A stretch of 63,257 bases of DNA, the filler included, from Reticulomyxa filosa (Eukaryota; Protista; Foraminifera): assembly GCA_000512085.1 (NCBI GenBank). It is 14 parts of 14 records of this genome, joined end to end, with 100 filler letters (N's around TTAATTAATTAA, not from the genome) between each part and the next. Parts side by side here need not be neighbours in the genome. Positions count along the whole stretch, not along the records: positions 41,155 to 52,485 come from ASPP01006789.1; positions 52,586 to 54,556 come from ASPP01025410.1; positions 54,657 to 55,758 come from ASPP01005034.1; positions 55,859 to 60,140 come from ASPP01025707.1; positions 60,241 to 61,744 come from ASPP01011994.1; positions 61,845 to 63,257 come from ASPP01002549.1; 8 more parts are not named here. One strand, given 5' to 3'. Both the position numbers and the translations under genes were made by a program. Shown here one piece after another: positions 52,310 to 63,257 of the stretch (position 1 is the stretch's first letter; each line of letters starts with the position of its first letter). The notes under the pieces are model-generated. The model had not been told where the DNA came from and did no database searches. It worked only from the letters and a program-made list of their open reading frames with translations.

Positions 52310-53373
52310 CTTTTTTTTTTAGCAAGAATGAGATCTTATCCAAGTTAAAATGAGCACCTCGTCCCAAAAGGAACAAAGTAATACGATAAAAACAAAAAAA
52401 AAAAGGAAAATATCAACAAAACATATAAAAAACTCACAATCAACGAAAAAAAAAATTTTAAGTTTTAATTTAATCTTTAAAATATNNNNNNNNNNNNNNN
52501 NNNNNNNNNNNNNNNNNNNNNNNNNNNNNTTAATTAATTAANNNNNNNNNNNNNNNNNNNNNNNNNNNNNNNNNNNNNNNNNNNNTTTTTTTTTTTGCTA
52601 GTTCGGTGTTCAAAATTGAAGGGGAGGGGCAAGAAAAAAAAAAAAAAAGAAACTGGTGGAAAAAGAATAGATGAATAAAGAAGAGGAGACGAAAATTGGC
52701 GCACAAAACAGCCAATTTTTATGTCCTCTTAGCTGTGTATTGCACTTTGTACGAATTTCTACAATCATGTTAGGGATTTTTTTTTTCCTTGTCTGGGCTT
52801 GGGAACCTACAAAGAGTCGTCACCGGAGTTTAAAAAAATAACTTGTATCTTATCAGATTTCTACAGTGCCTTAATCTTTTTTTGCATTTCAATTAAATGT
52901 ATTGAGCTAAAATGAAAAAATAAATGCCACAAGAAGTAATGATAAATAGTGTATAAGAAAGAAGATGCGTTAATTAATCTCTAATATAAAGAAAATAGGC
53001 ATTAAATAGAAATCATGTCAGCAAAACATACTTCAATCACGATATTGTCGTTCGACCAGCTTCCTAAAAAAAAATATCAAATCTTTGTGCAATGAGCCTG
53101 AACTCGATATTGATATTTCACAATGAAACAGTTCTTAAATCTGTGTCTTATGAAAAACAAAGAAAAACTACAATATGAACTGAAACAAAAAAGATAATAT
53201 GACATATGACAAAGAATATAATTGAGCAAATTACAAAAATTTATTTATTAATTGATGAAAATTTTCGATTTCTTAGCTTGATGTAAAGTAAAATAGACAT
53301 AATAAATAAACTACTTTTTGACCTACCAGAACAGAAATAAACATCAACTTTTAAAAAGATTGAGATTGAATAC

Positions 53374-53480
53374 AATTCGCGGGGCTACGTATTTCTTGAA
53401 TATGAGGATCAACAGAGTACGGTGCTTGCATTGGACAATATGAATGGTGCAAAGGTCGAACATTGTTCGATTAAAGCAAA
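53374..53480 (+). pseudogene. RBMX2/Snu17-like RRM fragment
   Basis: SRGYVFLEYEDQQSTVLALDNMNGAK resembles SKGFxFLxYEDQRSTxLAVDNxNG. It is isolated in AT-rich noncoding DNA and the frame breaks immediately after. Confidence 0.7.
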
Positions 53481-54656
53481 AAAATAAAAACAATAAAATA
53501 ATTGAAACTGTTTTGAATGCTATTTTTTATGAATAATTACTGGATCGTCACTTGCACACAAAAAAGAAAAAGAAGTTGGGGATACACATTCCAAAATCAA
53601 AATGGAAATGGAACAAAAATTGACGTAAAGAAAAATGAAAAGGCAAAACGACAGAGCCAAATAATTTTCAGACAAACAAATCGGAAGTTAAAAATTATTG
53701 ATAGTCGAAAATTTTATTTGACAAAAGTCAAATTTTGTTGTTACTTTCTTTGGACAGAAAGAAGCAAATAACACATGAAACAAGATAAATATTGATTATT
53801 GTTAATGAAGTGGAATCTTTTTTTAGAATAGCTTTGTACATTCGTACACTCTTTATTTTTGCGTTTGACTTAAAATCTGAGAGGACTTGTATTGAGGTTA
53901 TTCAAGAAAGTAATTAGAAAAGAATAAATTAGAATGGGAACAAAAAGTTGCAATAATGGTACATATACAAAAAAAGGCAATTTAAAGACTACTGTTGATA
54001 TTTTTAAGAAATAAATAAAATTTTCAAAGAAAAAAGATAATGTTTAAAGGGAAATCAGGAATAAATATTTGTTTTTCCTCGAATTTTCTTTTATTTTATT
54101 TACTAAACAAATTAACTTATTTTCGAAACAGAATTCCTTTTGTATTACACTTCAGCCGAGCCACATCTCTTACAAATTCAAACATTTAAATCAATCGGAA
54201 CATTTCAAACTTTGAAGAATGAAAAATATTTAAACATCTTTTTGTAGTTTAGCAGGACATTTATCGATTTGGAATATTGTTTAAAAGGATTGTGAAAGAA
54301 AACAAATTGTCATAAAGTACGATTTTATATTTCAATACTTTAGCTAAATAAATTTTTTGTTAAACACAAGTAGTAAAAGGATATAATGCTGGTTTTTAAC
54401 AGTGGAGTGGAAAAAATTATTTATATTCTTTTTTATGAACTTCAATATCGTAAATTGTACTCTCGGAATAGGAGAAGGTTTAATTAAATTAAAAGAGGAA
54501 AGCAAAACAGTGTCATGCAATAATTGTAAATAACTTTAAGAAAAATGAATTTCAATNNNNNNNNNNNNNNNNNNNNNNNNNNNNNNNNNNNNNNNNNNNN
54601 TTAATTAATTAANNNNNNNNNNNNNNNNNNNNNNNNNNNNNNNNNNNNNNNNNNNN

Positions 54657-55758
54657 AAAAAAAGGAAAAGGAGAAGAAAAAGAAAAAAAGGAAGAAGAGA
54701 AGGAAAAGAAAACGAAAAAAAGGCGCAGAAACAATAATTCCATAGATTCGAAAGAAGAGACTAATCGAAAATATGACAGTACCAGTGATGATGACAGTGA
54801 TGACGATAACAGTGATGATGATAGTAAATACAATAAGGACGATAATAAAAAAAAACATAGTCATACCTTTATTTCTTCTTCTTCTTCTTCTTCTTCTTCT
54901 TCTTCTGATCAAACTATTTCTCGAAATATCCTCTCGGTGTTGCGCATGTCTTGCATCGAGTTTCAATGGATTGTCTCGCAACAACGAATGAACTTGTTAA
55001 TTTTTTTTATTATTTATTATTATTTTTGGATAAATATATACATATGTACATATATATACATTAAACAAAAAAAAAAAGGAAGTTTGGAATGTTCCTGACA
55101 GCACAGAAAGAGTCAATGGCTTTGCTGATCGGCATCTGCTACAAACAGAACGAAGAGTGGCTGTCGCAGTATTTCCCTTTTTTTTTGGACTTGCTGGCTC
55201 CGACGCCATTGGACATTCGTCTCACTCTTATTCGCAAACATTGCTACACTAAAGTCCAAGAGATTGATTCCGAAAAAAAAGCCAAAGTTTTGTTAGAGAC
55301 AAATGTGTGTGTGTCATTCATTGATAATCACACAGTAATTACGTGTTATGTGTAAATGTGAAAAAAGGAATTAAAAGCATCTGTCGTCATACAATCCCAA
55401 GCAAGTCAAGTCACAACAAATGCACCAGTTCCATCGTCCACTACAAGTTCAAATTCATCTGTCTCAGTTTCATCAACTGCAAATCTACCAACTGTAAATT
55501 CAGTAGTTACAAATTCAACTTCAAATATAAATACAAATGCAAATACAAATATAAATATAAATTCAACTCCAATTGCAACTGCAAGTTCATCTGTTTCAAA
55601 CGCAAATGCAATTTCAAATTCAAACTCATTAATTACAAAGCCATCAACTATAAATTCGGCACCAACTACAAATCCAAATCCAAATCCAACTTCAACTTCA
55701 TCCTCAACTTCATTTTCAACAGTTGCAAACCCAGATTCATCTATTTCAAATTTAAATC
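54657..55758 (+). CDS. Internal fragment of a hypothetical protein (charged, Asp/Ser-rich and Ser/Thr/Asn-rich exons)
   Basis: Three exon-like blocks separated by AT-rich introns; both ends cut by linkers. Confidence 0.45.
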
Positions 55759-58499
55759 NNNNNNNNNNNNNNNNNNNNNNNNNNNNNNNNNNNNNNNNNN
55801 NNTTAATTAATTAANNNNNNNNNNNNNNNNNNNNNNNNNNNNNNNNNNNNNNNNNNNNAAAATTCAAAATAAGTCTGTATCCAAAAACACACAAACTTTC
55901 GAAAATACAAAAGGAAAGTAATTATCTAAAAAAAAGTATGTACATATATTATTTAAAAACACATAAAGATGTACGTACTAACAATCTTAAATAAGGGATC
56001 AAAATCCAAAATTTCAAATTTCATGTCCACAAAAATATATTTAAAAAAGCTGGAGCCGCATATTATGCACAACAAATAATATTGTGCAAAAGTCCTAATT
56101 AGGTATAACAAAAATCCAACAAACTTTTTTTTAAACACACAATCACGTAAATGTTTTTTTTTGTTGAACATACTTACCAAACAAACAAAAAAAGATTAAT
56201 TTTCTCAACTTAAACAATCAAGGGAGCAAGCTGTATAATTATTAATATTGATATACATACAGACAAAAAAAAAGGCACTATGTTCAAAAAAGACAAGTGT
56301 TTTTCGACAAAAAAAAAAAGTAGTTAATACCAGAGAAAGGTTGCATAACATGGAAGCAATCGGCAATAACATAATAATCTTATATTAACATTGTCTTGTT
56401 TAAGTTGTGTGTTGATCCTTTGATATAATAAAAGTATATTATAAGGACCATTTAATAACAAGTGGTCATTCGTGACCTTGTCAAATCGCGTATCTTGTCA
56501 AGTTTGTAGTGCTATTAGCTGCTCCAATTTTTTGTTTAACAACTTCACTGGCCTTTCGCTAATCATTTCATACAGACCAGTGTTATCACTATTGTCGTTA
56601 TTTATGTTGGTGCTGCATACATTGTCAAAATTGATAGATATGATTTGCCCTATATTTGCAGAGATCTCTGATTGTCTCATCTTCTCACTGATGTAGTGAA
56701 TTTGTGATTGTTGTAGTAGTGATTGCAATATTGATATGTAATCATTCAGTTCCTTGGTTTTCGCTTGCACTTTGCCAGCAAATACCTTTCCAAGGCTAAA
56801 TATCGGCCTTGCAATAACAAGTAATACATTACAAATGACACTGTATCCATTTGTGGTAAGGCTACACCTTTTTTCAATACATACGCTTCCATTTCCCCGT
56901 TTTTTTAACAACTGGTCCACGTTAGCAATGCTTTTTTATAAACTAATTTCTTCTGGTTGTTTAAAGTCAGTTTTTTGATTTGTTTTTTCGTTTTTGAGAG
57001 AAATATATCAACCAAGAGTGCCTGTTGTAAAAAATAAGAAAAAATTTTCGGCCAGATTTGTCACTTGAATTTTATGTTTATCCCACAAAACTAAAGAAAG
57101 CCCAACAGGCAAGATACATATGCGAATTAAAAACGTTTTTTGCATGAGATTGTCTTTAAGACAAGTCAACGCAAGTAAATGCCAATCACTCGTCATTGAC
57201 TGTTCGACTTGTAGGTCGGAGTGGTACAGAACTGGAAAAAATTAAAGAAGCTCAAGAAAATTGTGAAGATTCTTTTGCTTATATTTTATTTGGATAAGTC
57301 AAAGGAAAAAAGAGCCAGTGATGTAACATCGTTTGCACAACACGATAATTTTCTCACGCAATTATTGATGCCGTCTCCCACTAGTCACACGTGAATTTTG
57401 ATTATTTTAAAGTATAAATCCATCTTCATATTTTTTTGTTAAAATGAAATATGAAATGTTTATGTTATATATGTATGGTTCCATGATGCACAGTGTGCAT
57501 TTATGGACTCAAACGATGGAAAATTTGACGTGATGTCATATGACAACTGAAACAGCGTGTAATAAAAGCAAAGTTTCTGACTTGCATCATGAATGTCGCG
57601 TCTCTTCGTTGGGAGTCCGATGATTGTTATGCATTGGCCACTGGCTGTTAGGATTTTAATTTGAAAATTTTTGCTATATGTGTCTTTTTCCCCAAATTGT
57701 GATAATATCATTTCCTTTTTTTTTTGCTGTTGCTGTTTTTCTTCATCTCATTGTTGATGTTGATCATTCTTTTTATCCTTGCGTTATTTTAAAACATTGT
57801 TTAATTTTCCAAAAATTAAAAAAAATAGATTATAGTCTATGCAAACAAAAAACTTGTTTGAGTGAAGAATTTTGAAATGGATAAAACAAAATGTCTAACA
57901 CAAAGAAATAAAATATTTTAAGTTTTTTTTCAAAGGCAAAAAAAAGGGGAAAATGCTACCGCACCTGTATACTAGTGTAAAGTGGCAGTAGTGAACTCGT
58001 TATTGGTTTTGTATGTGTCACATAAAATTTCATGCATCAAAATTCTTTTTTTGTTTTTCTTCTTTGAGCGGGGGTACAGTAAAAAAGGAAGTCTTTTTGC
58101 AAGGGCCGTGTAGTAATGAGCGAGGTTATTGAAGTGGCATCAAAATGACAAGATATCACATACCTTCTTTATTCAAAAAACAAAGACAACATCTTTATCG
58201 TTCAATTCTGATACTTTTTTTGACGAGAAAAAATATCCTTTGATGCTTCTCTCGCAATACAAATGTATTTTCTTGCGAATAAGAAAATCACAAATGCATT
58301 TATTGACATCTTTTAAAAAAAGAAAAAAAAAGTGTAGTGATGGCTGAAACCGTGGAAGTTAGAATCGTCTCATAGTTGATGTGTATTTTTTTTTGTAAAT
58401 TATCAACAACTTTTTTTTGAAAAAGAAAAAGTATCGAATATCAATTCGATAACACATTTTCGTTGTTTGCCGTAGTTTTCTTTTTCCAACTCTTTCCAA

Positions 58500-59040
58500 G
58501 AATTTCTATAAGTAAGACCTTTCAGATCATTGCTCCGGACACGCACATAGTCCTTCAAGGCATTGGCAACAGTCTTTTCATTCTTTGACTCTAACAATTT
58601 GCTTCCACCACTGTCTCCCCATTACCACCACTTTGATCTCATAAATCCATGGAAGTTTGTTTGTGTCTAATGCCAACTGGATTAGCTGCACTAAATCAGG
58701 AGTCCAATATATGTGCGCATTTTGAAAGAAGTATAAATTTGTCTTTGGCATCTGCTACTGAAATGTTTTGTATTCGCCATTGTCTAAAGAGGCCTTGGAC
58801 GAAGATGATACCATCCAATGCTCATACTGTGCAGTTGCAAGTCTGGACAATCGTTAATATGGACAAACTCTTCTGCGTCCTTCTATTCTATTTTTTTTTC
58901 CTTTTTCTTGCATTGCAGAAAAGGTAAAATACTGATCAATATCGACCATCAACATACGCTTCAGTATCGAAATGCATTCACAACAATACTGGCAATTAGA
59001 GTACACAAACTCAAGTTCAAAGTCAGATGGGCCAAAGAAT
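58500..59040 (-). pseudogene. Decayed FERM (talin/band 4.1-like) domain relic
   Basis: FELEFVY..EAYVDGRY..FSAMQ and GLFRQWRIQNISVADAKDKFILL, interrupted by stops and frameshifts. Confidence 0.35.
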
Positions 59041-59579
59041 CAGACAGACTTTGCCTTTTCTTTTTTTTTGGTCTTTGATATGCTGCGATAATGGTCCATG
59101 GTTTGGCTTGGACTATCTTCTCTTTCTTTGTTTGCAAATACAACACAAACATATGCATTTGCAAAAAAAACAATGTTTTGATAATATGTTGTTGTAATGA
59201 ATAAATAGCTTGACCTTTTCAAATGATTGGAATCTACAACGAAAGTGGATAGCTACTGCGTCTCTGCCGTTGAGCGTTTCCTCGACGACCGAGGACATAT
59301 TCCAACGTGATATTTTGTTTGGAACTTACGGGAGCACGCTTCATAAATTATTGGCATTGTCAATATTGCGCTGTACACATTATAAATTTGATATTTTTAT
59401 TGCTTTTTTAAAGTAAATAAACATATACACATATACACATATTTATATATGTTATATGTAAATTCAACTGAAACTCTATTCTGTTGTTCGGTTTTGGTTT
59501 TACAATCCAATGACGTGCGTGTTGTCGGTGGACTGCTGTTGATCGGAAACTTGTGAACATCTCGCTTTCTTCTCTTCAC

Positions 59580-59940
59580 TTTCCAAACGGAGATCGACAA
59601 TGCTATCATGTTGCAATGCAGTCGATATAAATCTTTGATTTCATTTTGCATTCTTTCGGCAATACTATTGAACATTGTTGTGTCACCACCAATCACGATG
59701 TTGTTGCGCAAGTTTTTTCTAATATCAATATCGCATTTCATGATGGACTGGAAGGTCAATTTGCACACATTCTCGTTCAAATCCATGAAGTTTGGTTTGA
59801 ACAAAACTTCTGGGCATTTGAATCGTTCAGCACCAACAATGATGGCTTTGCCGATGGTCGAAGCTTTCTTCAATTCACCATCATAGTCCAAAGCAACAGT
59901 ACAATTTTTCCTTAATGTATCGCACAATTTCCTTATCAGC
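59580..59940 (-). pseudogene. Actin pseudogene fragment
   Basis: VALDYDGELKKAS..IIVGAERFKCPEVLFKPNF..LTFQSIMKCDIDIRKNL..GGDTTMFNSIAERMQNEI. The ELPDG loop is deleted and the N- and C-terminal parts are missing. Confidence 0.9.
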
Positions 59941-60240
59941 GAGTGTTTTGAATAAATATACTCTTCCATCAAGTTTTTTTCAATTATCCAATCTTGTGCC
60001 CTCATATACTTACCAAACAATCACTAGATTTTTTTTGACTGTCAGATCTTTTTTCTTCTGTCGTTGAGCTGATTCAATAATGTCTTCCATCGCCTTTTCA
60101 CTTCCATGGCTTTATTCCAATGCCCTTCCTCTTTCCTTCTNNNNNNNNNNNNNNNNNNNNNNNNNNNNNNNNNNNNNNNNNNNNTTAATTAATTAANNNN
60201 NNNNNNNNNNNNNNNNNNNNNNNNNNNNNNNNNNNNNNNN

Positions 60241-61642
60241 GCCAAAGTAAAGCCTCTTCTCACGTCGTAGACGATAGTCTGTTTGAAAAAGCCTCGACAA
60301 ATGCAAATGCAACTGCAAATGCAACTGCAAATGCTAATAACAATGACGATGAAAAAGAAAACAAGTGTAAGCCAAACACGATAGAAAGCGATGAGCACAG
60401 TCGTTGTGAAAGCGGTGTGAATGTGTGCCAGTATCAGGACAACAAGTACTGTCAATTGGATCGCGATAATAAACAAGGAGCGCTGCATCGACTTATCCAA
60501 TCCATGGACAAACTAACGACAGCTGTGAACTCATTCAACCAATCGACGAACCAACTCAGCCAATCCATCACACAGTGGTCTTTGTACAATCACCCTTGCT
60601 TCTTCCGGCCGATCCCGGTTGTCCCGGCTTTCACTGTGCAAATGCCCGCACCCGTCACAGCTGCACAACCACAAAACTATTATTGCAATAATACCAATAT
60701 TAACAGTCATTGCAATAGCAATAACACGAATAATTGTAATAATAACAATTGGACAAATTTGAATACTCAAGCTGCCAAATTGACGACATCGTACTTTCCT
60801 TTTCTTGAAACAGTTTTGTAAATTTATCCTTATTTATATATGTATATATATATGTACATATATACATATATAATCTCATTGAGACAAAGAACAATAAAAC
60901 GGCATGTACTGCAATATTGAAACATGCAGGCTTTGAATAACTTGTCGTATTCACAGATGCTTCAACAGCAATTGTTACAGCAACAGCAAATGCTGCTCGC
61001 CTTGCATTTGCAGACCATGCAAAAACTAAACCTGCCGCAATCCGTTCCTCCGGACCTTGGCGATCGCAATGGCTCCAATATTGTTCCGTCACTTCCAAAC
61101 GTAAATATGCCCCCTCAGCCAATCTCTCGTGTTTTAACAAGCAAAGACAGTTCTCCTCCCTCCAGTTGTGTATGTGTATGTGTATGTATGTATGTTTGTT
61201 TGTTTGTTTGTTTGTTTTGTTTTTGCTTATGCATGCGCTTTGCTCTTTATTTCTTTACTCTTTTTGTACTGGTTCAGAAATAGTATTGCCAAGTAGTAAC
61301 ACGATAAACTCTGATTATTTAAAGACAGTGGGCGGACCAACTGAAGATGACTGTGAGGACGATACTACTCAGAATTGGTTCCAATTCCTCACTCCAAAAT
61401 CCCCAAAAGCCATTGCGACTACCTCGCCACCACCGCCCGATCAAAAGAAAGAAAATAGTAAACCAAACCCTTTGTTGGCCTCGAGCCATATCATCAAAAA
61501 TATTGATGAAATCACTCAAAAAAAATTGGAGGCTCTTCACGCTCTTGGATACACGAACAAAACTTTTAATTTGGTGTTACTCAGTCAGTACAAAGGAAAC
61601 TTAGAAAAAGTTGTTTTAGAATTAAAAGGTTTTTACAACTAG
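60241..61642 (+). CDS. C-terminal part of a low-complexity protein ending in a UBA domain
   Basis: KKLEALHALGYTNKTFNLVLLSQYKGNLEKVVLEL* is UBA-like (NBR1-type). Gln/Asn/Pro-rich exons lie upstream. Confidence 0.8.
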
Positions 61643-62764
61643 CTTCGTTTTATCTCTTTTTTTTTTTTTTTTTTTTTTTTTTGCTTTGCTTTGTTTCGTT
61701 TTGTTTTTTTGTCATTGTTCTGATTATCGCGTATTATTTTTAATNNNNNNNNNNNNNNNNNNNNNNNNNNNNNNNNNNNNNNNNNNNNTTAATTAATTAA
61801 NNNNNNNNNNNNNNNNNNNNNNNNNNNNNNNNNNNNNNNNNNNNCGCACTACTACTTTGTTGTGACCTTTCTTTAATTTTTTTTTTTGTTGTGCGGGAGA
61901 AAGTTTGAATGAACTTTTTGTTGATGTGCTCTTCCAATTGATGTTTCAAAGCTGTCATGGATTTTTCTTTTCTTTTTTTTTTGGTTTTTTCTTTTAATTT
62001 GTGTAAACTTGACATGTGAATGACGTAAACTGGGGTGTTGTCATATTTTTCTCAATTTTCTTATTTTTTTACTTTTTGTTTTTTTAGTAAGATCCTGCTC
62101 GCTCTTTTGTGTTGACTCAATTTTTACACAAATTTTAAAGGTCTAAGCAAGTAAAACAAAACTGAAACATAGTATAAGTTACACTTTTGATTTTGGTGTA
62201 TTCTGAAGATTATGTAATATTTTTCATTTGCCAATACAAATCCATGATTATCTTATTCTTGCTCAAAAAATTGCTACAGTTAGTGATTTTTCGATGTTTT
62301 ATAAGTATGAATATATGACATTATTAAAAGAGTGAGCAAGTGAGTAAAGTAGTTTAGACATTTAACACCAAATAAGCTACTTTCACAAAGTGTCAAATTA
62401 TTTGTATTTTTAATTAAATCAGAAGATAAAAATAAAAATTGAATTTCTTTATTAATTGCAATTTAATGTGTGCATATTCGTAACGTATCAGAGCTGCTTC
62501 ATTCAGCAAAGAAAGATCAAATAAAGCAAATCTAAAAAGAAATGTTTAAAACAAGGCAATTTTTTCGTGATCGAATATAGTATCATTCTGTTTTGAAGAA
62601 AATACAAACTTTTCACTTATTGTAACAATTGCAAAAATGTTTCAACTGGAATAAGTTAATTGTGTAGAGGAAAGATAGAAAGTCGAAATTATGGTCAGTG
62701 TTTTGAAAAATCACTGGTGAACGTTGCAAATTTAGGATTTTTGAAGGTCCACATAATAATCAAC

Positions 62765-62962
62765 ATGACCTGGTATTTTGTAGATTCAGCTGGCGCAACG
62801 CATGGTCCTATGGAGATAAAAGAATTACAATCAAAATATAAAAGTGGTGAAATTGCTGACGACAGCTACGTGTGGAACGGAACAGAAGTTAATCAATGGA
62901 CTGAAATGTGCAGCGTTATTCCTCTATTAAATGAAGTCAAAGCAAGTCCTCAAGCAAGTTAA
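62765..62962 (+). CDS. GYF_2 (DUF4339) domain protein, ~65 aa or a first exon
   Basis: MTWYFVDSAGATHGPMEIKELQSKYKSGEIADDSYVWNGTEVNQW matches WY..GP..L..G.I..VW..W. Confidence 0.8.
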   Translation: MTWYFVDSAGATHGPMEIKELQSKYKSGEIADDSYVWNGTEVNQWTEMCSVIPLLNEVKASPQAS

Positions 62963-63257
62963 GCATTTCAGCACGGTTATATGGATTGTAGTCTCGCAAT
63001 GACTTAAACTTTTTAATTTTGTTGAAGAAAGCAAATAAAATTACATAAAACAAATATCATCTTCCAACAATCACCATTTTACCTAATATTTTTTTTGTTG
63101 TAGTTTAAGACACTTTTAAGACACTCAATTAACTTTTCAAACAAAAAAACAAAAAGAAGCACTTGTTGTGCAACCAAAATCTCAGCGGATTGGTGTGTCT
63201 TGCATTTTTTTTGTTTTGTACTCATTACAAAAACTAACAAAAAAGGCATTCGAAGTA

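Noticed and set aside
27752-60140. Apparent cluster of actin-related genes (RPEL, RhoGEF, WH2-like, FERM relic, actin relic)
   Set aside because: They lie on different contigs joined by linkers, so physical linkage is not shown.
12162-61844. Regularly recurring palindromic TTAATTAATTAA flanked by N runs (CRISPR- or IES-like appearance)
   Set aside because: Identical 100-nt synthetic linker with six-frame stops; an assembly formatting artefact.
1-63257. tRNA, rRNA, CRISPR arrays or prokaryotic defence operons
   Set aside because: None recognisable by eye; the window is spliced eukaryotic DNA.

Overview
Eukaryotic, AT-rich, intron-rich genomic DNA, not a prokaryotic locus. The window is 14 separate contig pieces joined by an artificial 100-nt linker (N44-TTAATTAATTAA-N44), so adjacency across linkers carries no information. 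Poly-A/T and microsatellite-filled introns, many decayed gene relics, a divergent 7TM receptor and an actin relic with foraminiferal-looking residues suggest a foraminiferan such as Reticulomyxa (inference only). Spliced genes reconstructed by eye: a CAMK-like kinase, an MFS transporter, cohesin Scc3/STAG, an ICE2/NARG2-like protein, ataxin-2/Pbp1, a protein with about 15 RPEL-like repeats, a Baeyer-Villiger monooxygenase, a RhoGEF, a DnaJ protein, a 7TM receptor, an EF-hand protein, a bZIP factor, a UBA protein and a GYF_2 protein. Two candidates for undescribed biology stand out. (1) A 12-exon gene (4145-10169, about 1370 aa) joins a Cys-less E2-like domain, SPRY, an F-box, an E2-associated helical domain, an RGG/RD region and a motif-dead eIF4A-like helicase. 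(2) The ICE2-like protein carries three CCCH fingers, resembling a fusion of two little elongation complex subunits. Several genes carry 1-nt indels, mostly at homopolymers, which are probably sequencing errors. All domain calls come from motif recognition; no searches were run.
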